Source: Octopus bimaculoides | Lineage: Eukaryota | DNA: 64,000 nucleotides | Direction of reading: 5' to 3' | Assembly: GCF_001194135.2 (NCBI RefSeq) | Contig: NC_068995.1 | Coordinates: 51,293,243 to 51,357,242 of the forward strand | In this document: in pieces, positions 37,584 through 51,312 of the stretch | Position numbering within the stretch: position 1 is the first letter of the stretch | Layout of the letters: the number at the start of each line of letters is the position of its first letter | Made by a program: the position numbers and the translations under genes | Notes under the pieces: generated by a model | The model's database searches: none | What the model was told of the DNA's origin: nothing | Seen by the model: the letters and a program-made list of their open reading frames with translations, nothing else

Positions 37584-38984
37584 TGTATGTGTGTATGTGT
37601 GTGTATTTATGTATGTGTTTGTGTGGTGCGTGCACGTACATATGTATACGACGAGCTTCCGCACACTTTCCGTTTATCCGTTCCCTAGATTCCACTCTTG
37701 TCCAAGGTACTGCGCAGTGCATATACCTCTAATTACTTTTTTGTTTTGTTTTTACCTTTCTCATTTTCAAGCCAATACTGTATGTACAGGTCGACATGAA
37801 CACCTTGTCTTAACATACAATATGTTTGTGGAAATAAACAAATGGACGACTCTATTTAGAAGTCACGTAGACCACCTACAGCACGTTCTTTTTGCTCCAG
37901 ATAAGCAGTTCTAATGGCGCAGACATTGTGATGGAAGACACTCCAACTCTGACCACCCTGTTTTTCTTGTTTTAATCTTATATGTCTATAGGACAACAAT
38001 TTCTAATATATTCTTGGATATATTCTTCTTTTAAGACGATAGGATGAAGAGGATGGATGTAATTTGAGCTAGATTTGGCTGCTAGCTCTAGCATACAGAT
38101 CGACTGCATAAAATCTCCCTCATTGTCATCTGTGTTGCTCAATTCATCCTGGAAACCTATAATCAAAAGCGATATGAGGGAGATTTGGCTGCCATCTTTT
38201 GAATGTCCAGCGTCTGCACAGAGAGGAATCTCCCTTTTTCTTAAGTTTATACTATTTTCGTTCTAGATCACCATCTAACGCCATCTCTCTTCTCTTCCTC
38301 TTCACCATCAACAGTTCGTCTTCCCTCCATCCATCAGCCATTTATTGTCGTCTGATTTATAGCAGTTTCATGGCCGACAAAGCAAACAATTGGTACTACT
38401 ACCACTAGTCTCATCATCATCATGAATATCATCATATCATCGTCGTCATCATCATCATCACCACCACCACTACCACCGTCATCATCACCAGCATCACCAT
38501 ATTACCAACTAACACCACCACCACCACCACCACCATCGCCATCGTCCTCTTCGTCATCATCATCATCATCAACAACAATAACAACAACAACAATAGCAAC
38601 AACAACAATAACAGCTAATATATTTCACCTCTACCACTTATACTAAAGGAGATGACTATGTCTATCTTGGCTATTGGAAGTCTTGTTGTGGGTTGTTTTA
38701 CAGATTGATGGCGGACTTCGGAGAGAAAGACAACCGAAGAGGAAAATAGAAGAGAATGTATGAAAGCACGCGCGCGCGGACGAGTGGACACGCACGCACA
38801 CGCACACACACGCACGCACACGCACGCACACGTACGCACGCGCACGCACACGCACACGCACACGCACACACGCACTCACACATGATCTCTTATATTTACA
38901 TAGGAACTGATATGCGTAGGTTGGTGTTTTCGCACTTAGACAATATGTGTGTTTGTTTACATAGATATATGCATATTACACACA

Positions 38985-39036
<52 letters not shown>

Positions 39037-39208
39037 AGTAGTGACATCGATTTGTTTAAAATGTAATACATATACTTTATACAATGAATTATCTACACAT
39101 ACATACAGACATACATCCACCCGTCCATAGATATACACGCTCATACATACGTTCATACACCTCACCCACGTATAGAATATAAATATAAACACATTCACAT
39201 ACACACAC

Positions 39209-39255
<47 letters not shown>

Positions 39256-41129
39256 TGCATTCATACATTTTGATACAAAACAGATCTTTTAACAGGAAAT
39301 ATTCCACGGAACATATGTTTATTATGGCATTAACTGGCACTGTAATCTTTATTTTATTTACAAAACTGCTTGGGAATATGTAACAAGCAGACAACGTTGA
39401 CGTAAATATAATTTTTTTTCTGACGACTATGAAAATTTCTACATTGGAAATTATTCAGTAGATTGAAAAATAGCTGGAGAAAAACTAGTTTTAGTTGATA
39501 GTCGTAAACAGATTTCCGTCTCCAAAATTATTCCGTGAGAAAAATTGCTTTCCAAATCACCATTATTCAAAATAATGGGTGCTACAAATGAATAAATACA
39601 TTTGCATGGATGAAATTTCTTAATCTTATATTAGAAGATATGGTGGTCAAGGTTTTACATAAGACATTTTAAATGAATGGCAGCCGGAGATTCTTATTAA
39701 AAGAAGACAATATCCCAGAACGCATTTGCTGTTACCAAAATTTGGGTTTCTTGAGAAGAATCCAGAGAAAATATGTTTCATTTGATGTTAAAAATCAGGG
39801 ATCTTTCTGAATTGACGGGCACCACTTTGTTTTCTTAACAAAACACTTTCAAACTTGGGATACTGGTAGAATGTGTCATATAAAACATCATTTTCTCTTA
39901 GCCTTCTTAACGAAATTTTTATCTGTTCTATAACACAAAATATACTAGTATACGAAGTTTGAAAGTGTTTCGGTACCAAAAACACTACATAAAACGGATT
40001 AAGGTTTAGTTCAGAGCTTATTGTTGTTTAGATCCTTAAATCAACCCTTATTGAACAGACCCTAAATCAGAGATGTTTCACTCATACCGTCTAGCGGGGC
40101 TTTCTGAATGACACGCTCCATGAAAGATTACTTTGGATTCTTTTTAGCATTGCGGTCCACGTGTTGACGAGCCATGTCTCATGTGTCCCGCTTCTAGAAA
40201 ATAACTTGTCTATGTTCGATCTAGTTAATCCGAAATATCTGAGACCGTACTTTATTTAACATGCCCTTCCCTTTATTTTAAAGCTGACAGAAGGATGTGA
40301 TTTAAGGGAGTTCGATAGCCCGTTTCACACCTGTCGAATGACTGCATTCAAGCGCCTGCCTTTTGTCGTCTGCTATCACACTAATAACATATAAGGAGAA
40401 CAATATCTTATGAGCGAATGCTTACTGAACACTCGGTATTTTCATGTGACTCTAAACTGCTGGACGGACGGGTTTATGTTTATGGAGGACCTGACAGAGA
40501 AATGACCTACATAGGTAGGTTCTTTAGACAAGGCGCAGTGGGACTGAACTAAACAACGTGCTTACGAAGGAACTTCTTAACAACACAACTATGACTCTGT
40601 GTGTGTGTGGGGAGGGAGGTAGATATAGGTATATAGTTTTACGATACATCTCACGGATGCTCTGCAATGCATCGCCAATGATGTTTCTGGGATCTCAGAA
40701 AGTTTCGGGTCTTTTAAAGATCAGACCCCTTCACCCAATTGAGCCCAGCCGGATGTTGATCAAGTCCCAGCCTGCATCCCAGAAGCAGCAAACCCTTGGT
40801 TTGCCCTCTTTGTAACATAGATTTGTTACAGCTGGAGACTATGAATCGAACGCACGACGTTTCTAAGCAACATACTAAAACCGTTATAGATGTGTTTACA
40901 TTGGATATGATATATAGATAGCCAGTTTAATCTAACACTACTTCTATTGTATATATCGGAATGTGGGGGTATGAGAGCTAATCGAATCATCTAGTGGTTC
41001 TGGAATTAACAAATACTAGCCTATCTACCCCAAAAATATCAGTGAATTTTTTAATGTTTTACCGCCCTCCTATTTGTTAATGAGAATACAAAAAAATTTG
41101 CATCTGTGTGATTCTTCATTCTTTGCCAT

Positions 41130-41525
41130 ATAGGCGCAGTCATGACTTTATGGTAAGAAGTTTGCTTCCCGACCACATGGTTCTGTGTTCAGTCCCACTG
41201 CGTGACACCTTGGGCAAGTGTCTTCTACTATAGTTTCGGGCCGACCAAAGCCTTGTGAGTGAATTTGGTAGACGAAAATTGAAAGAAATCCGTCGAATGT
41301 GTGTGTGTGTGTGTTTGAGTCAGTGTTTGTATCCCCCTACCACCGCTTGACAACCGGTGTTGGTGTGTTTCCAACCCCGTAACTTAGAGGTTCGACAAAA
41401 AAAAAAAAGAACCGATAAAATAAGTACCAGGCTTGAAAAAACTACAAACACTTGGGTCGATTCGTTGGACTGAAAATTCTTCAAGGCCGCAGCCTAAGGA
41501 CTAAAACAAGTAAAAGATAAAAGAT
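41130..41525 (+). mobile_element. SINE family C, near full length
   Basis: Same head, CORE-like segment, internal microsatellite and gtaaaaga tail as the 50417 copy. Confidence 0.8.
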
Positions 41526-41820
41526 ATAGTTGGACAAATTTAGAAAGTTAAAAAAACCAATTTAATCTAATTAAACATGGCAATTTTTACGCTCTCCTCC
41601 GCTTTTCAATCCCCATCGGCCCTTCCTCTCATGAGAAACTCGTTCATAAACTCGAGAACGACAACAACCTTGACATATAACTGTAACCACGCTTATTTCA
41701 CATTTCGGAAGTTATTCTGCTGCAAGCTGAGAGCAAAATACCTGATGAACAAAACGTGATAGAAACACCATTACAATATCGATTGCGTTACATTTCTCTC
41801 GAAGGAATTATATACAGGGC

Positions 41821-41863
<43 letters not shown>

Positions 41864-42068
41864 TGTGCAGATGTAGGTATACAGTTATGAAAAAAGAAAA
41901 CACGTGCAATACTCTCTTTTACTCTTTTACTTGTTTCAGTCATTTGACTGTGGCCATGCTGGAGCACTGCCTTTAGTCGAGCAAATCGACCCTAGGACTT
42001 ATTCTTTGTAAGCCTAGTACTTATTCCACTGGTCTCTTTTGTCTAACATATACACATACATATATACA

Positions 42069-42103
<35 letters not shown>

Positions 42104-42150
42104 CTACACTACTTGTCTTCGTCTTTTGTTTTTTTTTGCGAATTCTCCCC

Positions 42151-42193
<43 letters not shown>

Positions 42194-43444
42194 TTTGTTT
42201 GTCTCCCCACATCGCTTGACAACCGATGCTGGTGTGTTTACGTCCCCGTAACTTAGCGGTTCGGCAAGAGATAGAATAAGCACTAAGCTTACAAAGAATA
42301 AGTCCCGGGGTCGATTTGTTCGACTAAAGGGCGGTGCTCCAGCATGGCCGCAGTCAAATGACTGAAACAAGTAAAAGAATAAAATAATATATATATATAN
42401 NNNNNNNNNNNNNNNNNNNNNNNNNNNNNNNNNNNNNNNNNNNNNNNNNNNNNNNNNNNNNNNNNNNNNNNNNNNNNNNNNNNNNNNNNNNNNNNNNNNN
42501 NNNNNNNNNNNNNNNNNNNNNNNNNNNNNNNNNNNNNNNNNNNNNNNNNNNNNNNNNNNNNNNNNNNNNNNNNNNNNNNNNNNNNNNNNNNNNNNNNNNN
42601 NNNNNNNNNNNNNNNNNNNNNNNNNNNNNNNNNNNNNNNNNNNNNNNNNNNNNNNNNNNNNNNNNNNNNNNNNNNNNNNNNNNNNNNNNNNNNNNNNNNN
42701 NNNNNNNNNNNNNNNNNNNNNNNNNNNNNNNNNNNNNNNNNNNNNNNNNNNNNNNNNNNNNNNNNNNNNNNNNNNNNNNNNNNNNNNNNNNNNNNNNNNN
42801 NNNNNNNNNNNNNNNNNNNNNNNNNNNNNNNNNNNNNNNNNNNNNNNNNNNNNNNNNNNNNNNNNNNNNNNNNNNNNNNNNNNNNNNNNNNNNNNNNNNN
42901 NNNNNNNNNNNNNNNNNNNNNNNNNNNNNNNNNNNNNNNNNNNNNNNNNNNNNNNNNNNNNNNNNNNNNNNNNNNNNNNNNNNNNNNNNNNNNNNNNNNN
43001 NNNNNNNNNNNNNNNNNNNNNNNNNNNNNNNNNNNNNNNNNNNNNNNNNNNNNNNNNNNNNNNNNNNNNNNNNNNNNNNNNNNNNNNNNNNNNNNNNNNN
43101 NNNNNNNNNNNNNNNNNNNNNNNNNNNNNNNNNNNNNNNNNNNNNNNNNNNNNNNNNNNNNNNNNNNNNNNNNNNNNNNNNNNNNNNNNNNNNNNNNNNN
43201 NNNNNNNNNNNNNNNNNNNNNNNNNNNNNNNNNNNNNNNNNNNNNGACTGGGTCATTATACAATATGCGTTCTCCAGCATTGATAGCTCCTGAAGATGAA
43301 ATCTTTGTCTCCCGTAGACGTATAACATCCTATTATAGTCTTCTGCAATTTAGAACCAAACATCGAATTGACGAATTCTTGCAGAGACTTCCATCGATAT
43401 TTATTGAAGAATCTCCAAATATCAATCAGCTAACCCTAAAATAT

Positions 43445-43655
43445 TAGGGAGGCGAGTGGGCAGAAACGTTAGCGCGCCGGGCGAAATGTTTAGCGGTATT
43501 TCGTCTGTCTTTACGTTCTGAGTTTAAATTCCGCCGAGGTCGACATTGCTTTTCGGGGTCGATAAGTTAAGTACCAGTTGAGTACTGGAGTTGATCTCAT
43601 CGACTGGCCCCCTCCCTAAAAATCTCGGGCCTTGTGCCTAAAGTAGAAAAGATAT
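43445..43655 (+). mobile_element. SINE family B, CpG-intact copy
   Basis: ggcagaaacgttagcgcgccgggcgaaatg...ccgccgaggtcgac...ggggtcgat...gccttgtgcctaaagtagaaaag. Confidence 0.85.
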
Positions 43656-44055
43656 ATGAAAATATTAATTATTTTTTTCATGTTAATAAGATGAATGTAT
43701 CGCTTGTTGTGTGCATGACAACAAAACAGAATAATGTGCGGCACAGCTTCTTATGATTTTTTTTGACAATTAATCAAATCTCATTTATTAATCGTATTTC
43801 GATATGCTTACGAATATTGTTTATTGTATATTGTCACGCTGCTCTCTTTCTTTAATAGTCTGAATACTTAGAAACGTAAAACACTGTGTAACGATTCAAG
43901 AAGACCCCAGCTATTAATATAAAATGCACACTCTACTTTATCTATTGAGTCCTTTTCCTTCGTCTGTAAACATAAATGTTCAACAATCCATTATCTATCT
44001 ATGTCTGTCTGTTTGTCTACCTAAGTACACATGCATATGCATGTGTGTGTGTGTG

Positions 44056-44102
<47 letters not shown>

Positions 44103-44237
44103 AAACACATAGACTGTGTATATCAGTGTATATAAGTGACTCAAAGGTCAATACTTTCGTTCAACGGCACGTGAAATAGAAACTACACATTGCTTGTGTA
44201 TACAAGTAAAATACAGAAACGTATGTATGTATGTATG

Positions 44238-44268
<31 letters not shown>

Positions 44269-44847
44269 GTTGGTAGGTAGGTAAGTAGGTAGGTAGGCGG
44301 ACAGGTAGGAGGGTGTGTGTTTAATCGTGGGAAAGAGATTAATCATTAACTAAATACGAAAAGGAAATATATGTATTAAGAAAATAGAACAATGAGAATG
44401 AAAAACAACAAACGAAGGAGATATTATTATTGGGCGGGAAAAGGCCATATGTTTGTTTAGTTTATTGATAAGTTATCAGGAGATGTCAGATTCAAGGAAC
44501 AGATCCAAATATGCACGTATTCGACACCCGCACCTCTACGAAGTAACAAGATTTACTAGAAATAGCAGTCATAATTCATCTCAAATCGTACCGAACCGTA
44601 TTAAGAACCAACGAGGAGCGTATGGGTTAATGTAGTCTCAGATACGCAATGGTCGAGATTAGGATGCGATGGGTTTTTACTGCGGAAATCGGAATAGTTA
44701 ATTCGTAACCTGATTCACCCCTCCGTCGTAAACATCGTAGGCGTAGCTGTGTGCTAAGAAGTGGTGGGGGTGGGGCACAAAGACATACACACGTTGGTAT
44801 ATACACACACACACACATTGATACACGGAGAGAGAGAGAGAAAGAGT

Positions 44848-44885
<38 letters not shown>

Positions 44886-45342
44886 AACACACGCACGCAC
44901 ACATACGCAAAAATATAGATATGTATTTATTTATATCCAGTTTATTGACTGAAAATTGAACCTCCGCCGTTTCGGACAAAATCCATTCTTCAAGAAACAA
45001 GAAACTTTTTCTCATCATCCCCAAGAACATGAACATAGTAGAAAATGACAGGAAATTAGAGGGAGTTGCTACGCCTGTGTGGGATAGAAATGTTCAAAGG
45101 AAGAAAATTTTTGGGAGTAAGAAAGGAAGTATATTTGGGAAAGAGTAATAAACGAACGGCACAATCATATTAGTCCCTCGTTTACAGTCTTCCATGGAAA
45201 TATTACCTTGCTTGGAAACAAGTAAATGTTGGCGACAGGAAGGGTTTCTTGTCGTAGAAAATCCTCCCTCCTCAACGAATTACGTCTCACCCATTTAGGC
45301 ATAAAAAAGTGGACGTTAAACCGTTGATGTGTGTATGTGTAT

Positions 45343-45389
<47 letters not shown>

Positions 45390-46877
45390 GAGAAATAGAA
45401 AGATAAAGATATCTAGCTAGTTAGCTTGAAGGCTCCAGGTTTAAAGAAAACCGCCTTTTTTTTTGTCCTCTCAGGTTTGTAGGTTATTCAGAGAGCTGTC
45501 CGTTAATATCTGGAATGCGATGAGACTTTTACATTTACGTTTTTCTCAAGGGTGTCATCTTTGCAAGAGAAAATGAAAGGGCCTTGAGCAACAGGCGTTT
45601 CTACATCCCACTCTTCATCAAGCCCATCAGCTGAAAGGCATCTGGATTAAAGAAACGTAACATGATCTTGCTGGGTATTTTGTCTTGAGGAAGTGGAAGG
45701 ATGCTAAGCGAAGTTTATCTAGCACAAAGACAGGCTGGGATACTCAGGGACGTCCTTTGCATGAAAACAAAAAAGTAAAGTTGGGGCCATTATGCGAAAT
45801 GAAGTGAACTAAGAAATTTTAGTTAATTAAACTAATAAGCGACAAAACCTTTATTATACGCTCAGTCGATCTCTAGAAATGATAGCTAAAACTTACTCAA
45901 ACCACACTGCACTGTTTTCAGAACTCATTGGATATTGAAGTCCTTCAGATGCTATGTCTGAATAAAAGAATAAAAGTAGGTACGGGCACGGCTAGAATGT
46001 CTTTCATCATTGGTCTGATCGAAAAAGGTTGGCCTGCGACTAAACAATAATATTTGAAAGGAAATACTAAAGACTCCGCCCCAGAAACCAGAAATCTTTA
46101 CGCCTTTTGCTCAAGACCCCGTCATCATCTCTTTCAAACCTGACTGGCACCCTTGAGTAAAACGTAAAAACTCATCGTATTAATGGCGTTTGAGAGAGCA
46201 GACGATTATATCGACTCCACTGCTTGATTAGAATTTGTGTTACCGACCTCGAAAGGATAAAAGACTAAGTCGATCTCGAGAGGATTTGACCCGAGAACGT
46301 AGAGCTGGTACCAAAATTATTAAGTCTGCTGCTCTAACGATTCTGCTAGCTCACCACTTTCACGATAACACTTATAACAAACAACAAGAATATTATACAA
46401 CATAACAAGGAGCAGTAGGAGCAGTAATGATACTGGGGCTAAAAGTCTGACATCAACAATAAAGACATTAATACAGAGATAAATGTTTCTGATTGAGATA
46501 CAACAGCGATTTGGAAAAGGAGAAAGTCTATTATACAGACCCCAGTACTTGACTGGTACTTTATTTTATTAACCATGAAAGAATGAAAGGTAAAATACTC
46601 AGAGATTCACCGTACGATCAATTTAGACGTTCTTGTGAATCACAAACTGTATACAAAATCAATTTCACATTTAATTGAAGGATTATTCAATACGTTTTGC
46701 AGTGTACATGTTTATTCTTCTACAGTGACTTCGAAGTTTCGGCCGTCTTAACTTTCATCGTCCGAAATTTCAAAGTCACTGACAACACTATTCATGTAAA
46801 AGAATGATATATGTAATGTAATGTACTGTACTGTAATGTAATGTAATGTAATGTATGTATGTATGTATGTATGTATG

Positions 46878-46908
<31 letters not shown>

Positions 46909-47164
46909 TTGTACTATGTAGGATCAGGCAAAAGACATTTAAGAGTATGGCAGGTTTTTAAGAACCATTGTCGAAATCGCAATTCTCTTTATAGTCAAAT
47001 ATGGTCGACTTCGGACTCGAGTGGACAGCTATACATACATACATACATACATACATACATACATGCATGCATGCATGCATACATACATGCATACTATATA
47101 TATATATATGTGTGTATGTGTGTGTGTGCATGTATATATATATATGATTATATACATATAAATG

Positions 47165-47545
47165 TAGTGGCTGTGTGGTAAGTAGCTTGCATGGTTCCGG
47201 GTTCAGTCCCACTGCGTGGCACCTTGGGCACGTGCCCTTGAGCCGACCAAAGCCTTGCGAGTGAATTCGGACGGAAACTGAAAGAAGCCCGTCGTATATA
47301 TATATATATTTATGTATGTGTGTGTCTGTGTGTGTTTGTGTGTCTGTGTTTGTCTTCCACCATCGCTTGACAACCGATGGTGGCGAGTCTACGTCCCCGT
47401 AACTTAGCGGTTCGGCAAAAAGAGACCGATAGAATAAGTACCAGGCTTACAAAGAATAAGTCCTGGGGTCGATTTGTTCGACTAAAGGCGGTGCTCCAGC
47501 ATGGCCACAGTCAAATGACGGAAACAAATAAAAGAATAAAAGAAT
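47165..47545 (+). mobile_element. SINE family C with small internal deletions
   Basis: Family-C blocks; internal (TA)/(TG) tract; gaataaaagaat tail. Confidence 0.8.
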
Positions 47546-49157
47546 ATATATATATATGTGTGTGTGTGTATGAATATATATATATGTCTGTGTGTGTTGT
47601 GTGTATAATAGGAGAGTGGTACCTACTTTACTTCGCTTTCAGGCAGGATAGGAAGTGACTGATATCTTTTATGGGAATTGTCTTGCGAATGTTCAGAATC
47701 CCCTACCTTCCTCGGACCTCCCGCTACCATCGAAAACAGTCACACACAGACACACACACACATGTATGCAGACATACATTTTAGAAACATATACACAGGT
47801 TCTCATACGCAATATCTTATATCATACACAACGCACAGCACACACACTCGCACGTGCATCACACGAGCGCGCGCGCTCGCAATACTCACACGTATACACA
47901 CACACACACACACACAGACACGCACACGCACACACAGAAAATGACACGTTACATTTCGTAATTTTCCAAGAAGTATTCTATATCCAAGATCTTAGAATTT
48001 GAATAAATACAATAAGGTAGCCTCGACGTGGTCGCTCGACTGCTAGAAGTAGCAGTGAAACAACTTCAAATTACACTCTACAGGCCGTAGAAGAAATGAG
48101 AAAGGTAGCGAAGTTTCGGATTAAACGTCTAATACCTTTTAAGAAAAGAAAAAGGGTAGTTCCCCCCCACCCATTTCTTCTCTTTTGAAACGGATTTTTG
48201 CTTAAGTGGTCTGTCTGTTGTTCTCATAGTTAAATGATTATCAAAATCATCACCATTTATTGGGGTCTCCATTATCATAAATAGATATTTTTGAAGTACC
48301 ATAACTTAGCGGTTCGACAAAGTGAATAATAGAATAAGTATCATGCTTTAAAATGTGGGCTGGGGTTGATTTATTCGGTTTAACCTTTCAAGGTGGTGCT
48401 CCAACATGGCCGCAGCCTAATGTCTGAAACAAGTAAAAGTTTAAAGATTAAAAAGTAAGCTAAAAGCCCAGGCTGTGATGGGGGAATCAAACACAAACAC
48501 ACATAGACACATATACGATAGGCTTCCATGCAGTTTCTGTCTACCAAATTAGTCGGCCCAGAACTATAGGAGAAGCCAATTGCCCAATGCCACGCGGTAG
48601 GATTGAACCAGAAGCCATGCAGTTACAAAGTGAGCTTCGTAATCACGCAGCAATGTCTGTGTCTATATTTAATTTTTCTTTTTCTTTTTTTTGTACATTT
48701 TTATGAATTGCTTGGAGGCAACAATTCTGATTGAATCAATATTTCCAGAGCAACCGAAGATTTCCCAAATTTTTCTTTAAGTGATTTATCCAAATTATAG
48801 TGAATTCACGCGCGATTGTATTTATTGAAGATATCAATAAACTCGGACAAGGCCGTGCGTAGCTGTTAGTATCAACACGCCACCCCTTACCCCCACCAGA
48901 TTCCAGGCACTAACTGGTACTCATTCTATTGTTACTTTTGCCGAACCCGTAGGTTACGGGGTCGTAAACAAACCAACACCGGTTGTCAAGCGGTGATGGG
49001 AACAAACACAAGACACACACAGAGATGCTCAAATATACGACGGGTTTTCACACGGTTTCCAAGGTGCTGCCCAAGGTGCTGCCCAATGAGGCTGAACCCG
49101 AAACGTCGTGGCTGCAAAGCGAGTTTCTTAACCACACAGCCATACCTGCCCTTAGAG

Positions 49158-49404
49158 CACTGGTTCCCAAACTTCTTCGGGCTGTCGACCCCTTGGCTTG
49201 GATCGTAGACCACTTTCTGTAGCAAATTCAAAACAATAGCACACACACACACACACACACAAACAAAATCTTAACTTAATGAAAGCATTATTTAGTTATC
49301 TTTAAACCCATCGTCCCTTTTGGCTACCCCTACTTTTCTTCAATGCCCCCAAGATCTATCCCCCGCCCCTGGAGGGGCAATACCGCCCACTTCGGGAGTC
49401 ACTG
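49158..49404. mobile_element. Decayed hAT-type MITE
   Basis: Left cactggttcccaaact versus right-end reverse complement cagtgactcccgaagt (11/16 match); flanks ccttagag / gccttgag form an imperfect 8-bp TSD. Confidence 0.45.
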
Positions 49405-49880
49405 GCCTTGAGGAATTTTCATCACATTTTCTCCTCCAACTGTCTATCTCTTCCTCTTTTCCCCTCTCCATCTTACTCTCCCCCCTCTCTCTCTCTCTCT
49501 TCCTCTAACACAAAGACTAAAATATGGTCAACAGCTGTTATTATCAGTTCTTAATCACATCGCTCACTAATTGAAAAATCATTTGTAATTAAATCAAATA
49601 TGATTCCAACGCATAGTAATTAGTTTTTGAAGATAGATTTCTGTATCTCACTCTTTCTCTTTCTCCCTCCATCTTTCTCTTTCTCCCGCCATCTTTCTCT
49701 TTCTCTCTTCCTCCTCTATCTCCGTCTCTCTCCGGCTATGTCTTGTCTGACTGTCTGTCTCTCTTTTACTCTGTCTCTCTTTTACTCTGTCTCTAATTCC
49801 TTGAGCTGGTTTCGTTTTCAATGGCGCAATGGTAGAAAGAAATAGGTTTTGAAGTTTGTCCACGTATAATGAAAACTGAT

Positions 49881-49952
<72 letters not shown>

Positions 49953-50416
49953 CACATTCCCAGAAACTGACGGGAATGGGTTTTTAAGAACTCTAAGAGG
50001 ATACATTGAAGTCCGTGAGGTTGAGAACGAATTGGACGGAAGAGTCGTTGCTTAGACGCTTTAATCCTCGACGCNNNNNNNNNNNNNNNNNNNNNNNNNN
50101 NNNNNNNNNNNNNNNNNNNNNNNNNNNNNNNNNNNNNNNNNNNNNNNNNNNNNNNNNNNNNNNNNNNNNNNNNNNNNNNNNNNNNNNNNNNNNNNNNNNN
50201 NNNNNNNNNNNNNNNNNNNNNNNNNNNNNNNNNNNNNNNNNNNNNNNNNNNNNNNNNNNNNNNNNNNNNNNNNNNNNNNNNNNNNNNNNNNNNNNNNNNN
50301 NNNNNNNNNNNNNNNNNNNNNNNNNNNNNNNNNNNNNNNNNNNNNNNNNNNNNNNNNNNNNNNNNNNNNNNNNNNNNNNNNNNNNNNNNNNTATATATAT
50401 ATATATATATATATAT

Positions 50417-50784
50417 GGGCGCAGGAGTGGCTGTGTGGTAAGTAGCTTGCTTACCAACCACATGGTCAAGTGTCTTCTACTATAGCCTCGGGCCGACCAA
50501 AGCCTTGTGAGTAGATTTGGTAGACGGAAACTGAAAGAAGCCCGTCGTATATATGTATATATATGTGTTTGTGTGTCTGTGTTTGTCCCCCAACATCGCT
50601 TGACAACCGATGCTGCTGTGTTTACGTCCTCGTAACTTAGTGGTTGGGCAAAATAGACCGACAGAATAAGTACTAGGCTTACAAAGAATAAGTCCTGGGG
50701 TCGATTTGCTCGACTAAAGGCGGTGCTCCAGCATGGCCACAGTCAAATGACTGAAACAAGTAAAAGAGTAATAGAGAAAAGAGT
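50417..50784 (+). mobile_element. SINE family C, young full-length copy
   Basis: gggcgcaggagtggctgtgtggtaagtagcttgc...gggccgaccaaagccttgtgag...cgtaacttag...ggggtcgatttgctcgactaaaggcggtgctccagcatggcc...gtaaaagag. Further partial copies lie at about 15295, 19625(-), 23455(-), 36275, 41918(-), 42190, 48300-49150, 51330, 57905, 59325, 61173 and 63830(-). Confidence 0.85.
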
Positions 50785-50855
50785 ATATACTTTTATCTCT
50801 CTCTCTCTATATATATATATACACATATCTATACATACAAAGAGAGAGAAAGAGG

Positions 50856-50887
<32 letters not shown>

Positions 50888-50889
50888 GT

Positions 50890-50921
<32 letters not shown>

Positions 50922-51183
50922 TACACACAGACGCAAACAAACACATACGTAGTATACATTTATAAGATAAATATTTATCTATGCATATTGTATACCATAT
51001 GTAGTCAGATAGTTGACCTTACGTGAAGGAGAAGCATGTATCAATGGTTGATCGGCTTAACTGTCTTCTACTAAGCACTTTTGTAAGTTGTTTATTGCCG
51101 TCTGTCCCTTGCACATGCGCACTCGTTAGATACTCGACGTTTCAACGTAGTTTGACGCGAAGCTAGATTGTATTTTGTGTCTT

Positions 51184-51312
51184 GGGGGAGCCCATGGCAC
51201 TTCCTGGAAAGTTCCGAGGGTGGCACTTCCTGGAAAGTTCCGAGGATTTCCTGGAAAGTTCCGAGTGTGGCACTTCCTGGGGAGCCCCATGGCACTTTCT
51301 GCAAAGTTCCCC
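51184..51312. repeat. Short compound tandem repeat built on (tggcac)ttcctggaaagttccgag
   Basis: ttcctggaaagttcc at 51201, 51227 and 51248; degenerate units at 51274 and 51297; outer direct repeat ggggagccc(c)atggcactt. Confidence 0.85.

Noticed and set aside
37978-38166. 62-aa ORF as an exon
   Set aside because: Overlaps minus-strand family E repeat blocks (gcagccaaatct...).
39788-39985. 65-aa ORF, and similar short ORFs at 62-277, 43265-43447 and 45480-45830
   Set aside because: Complex sequence, but no recognisable domain or consistent splice-phase chain.
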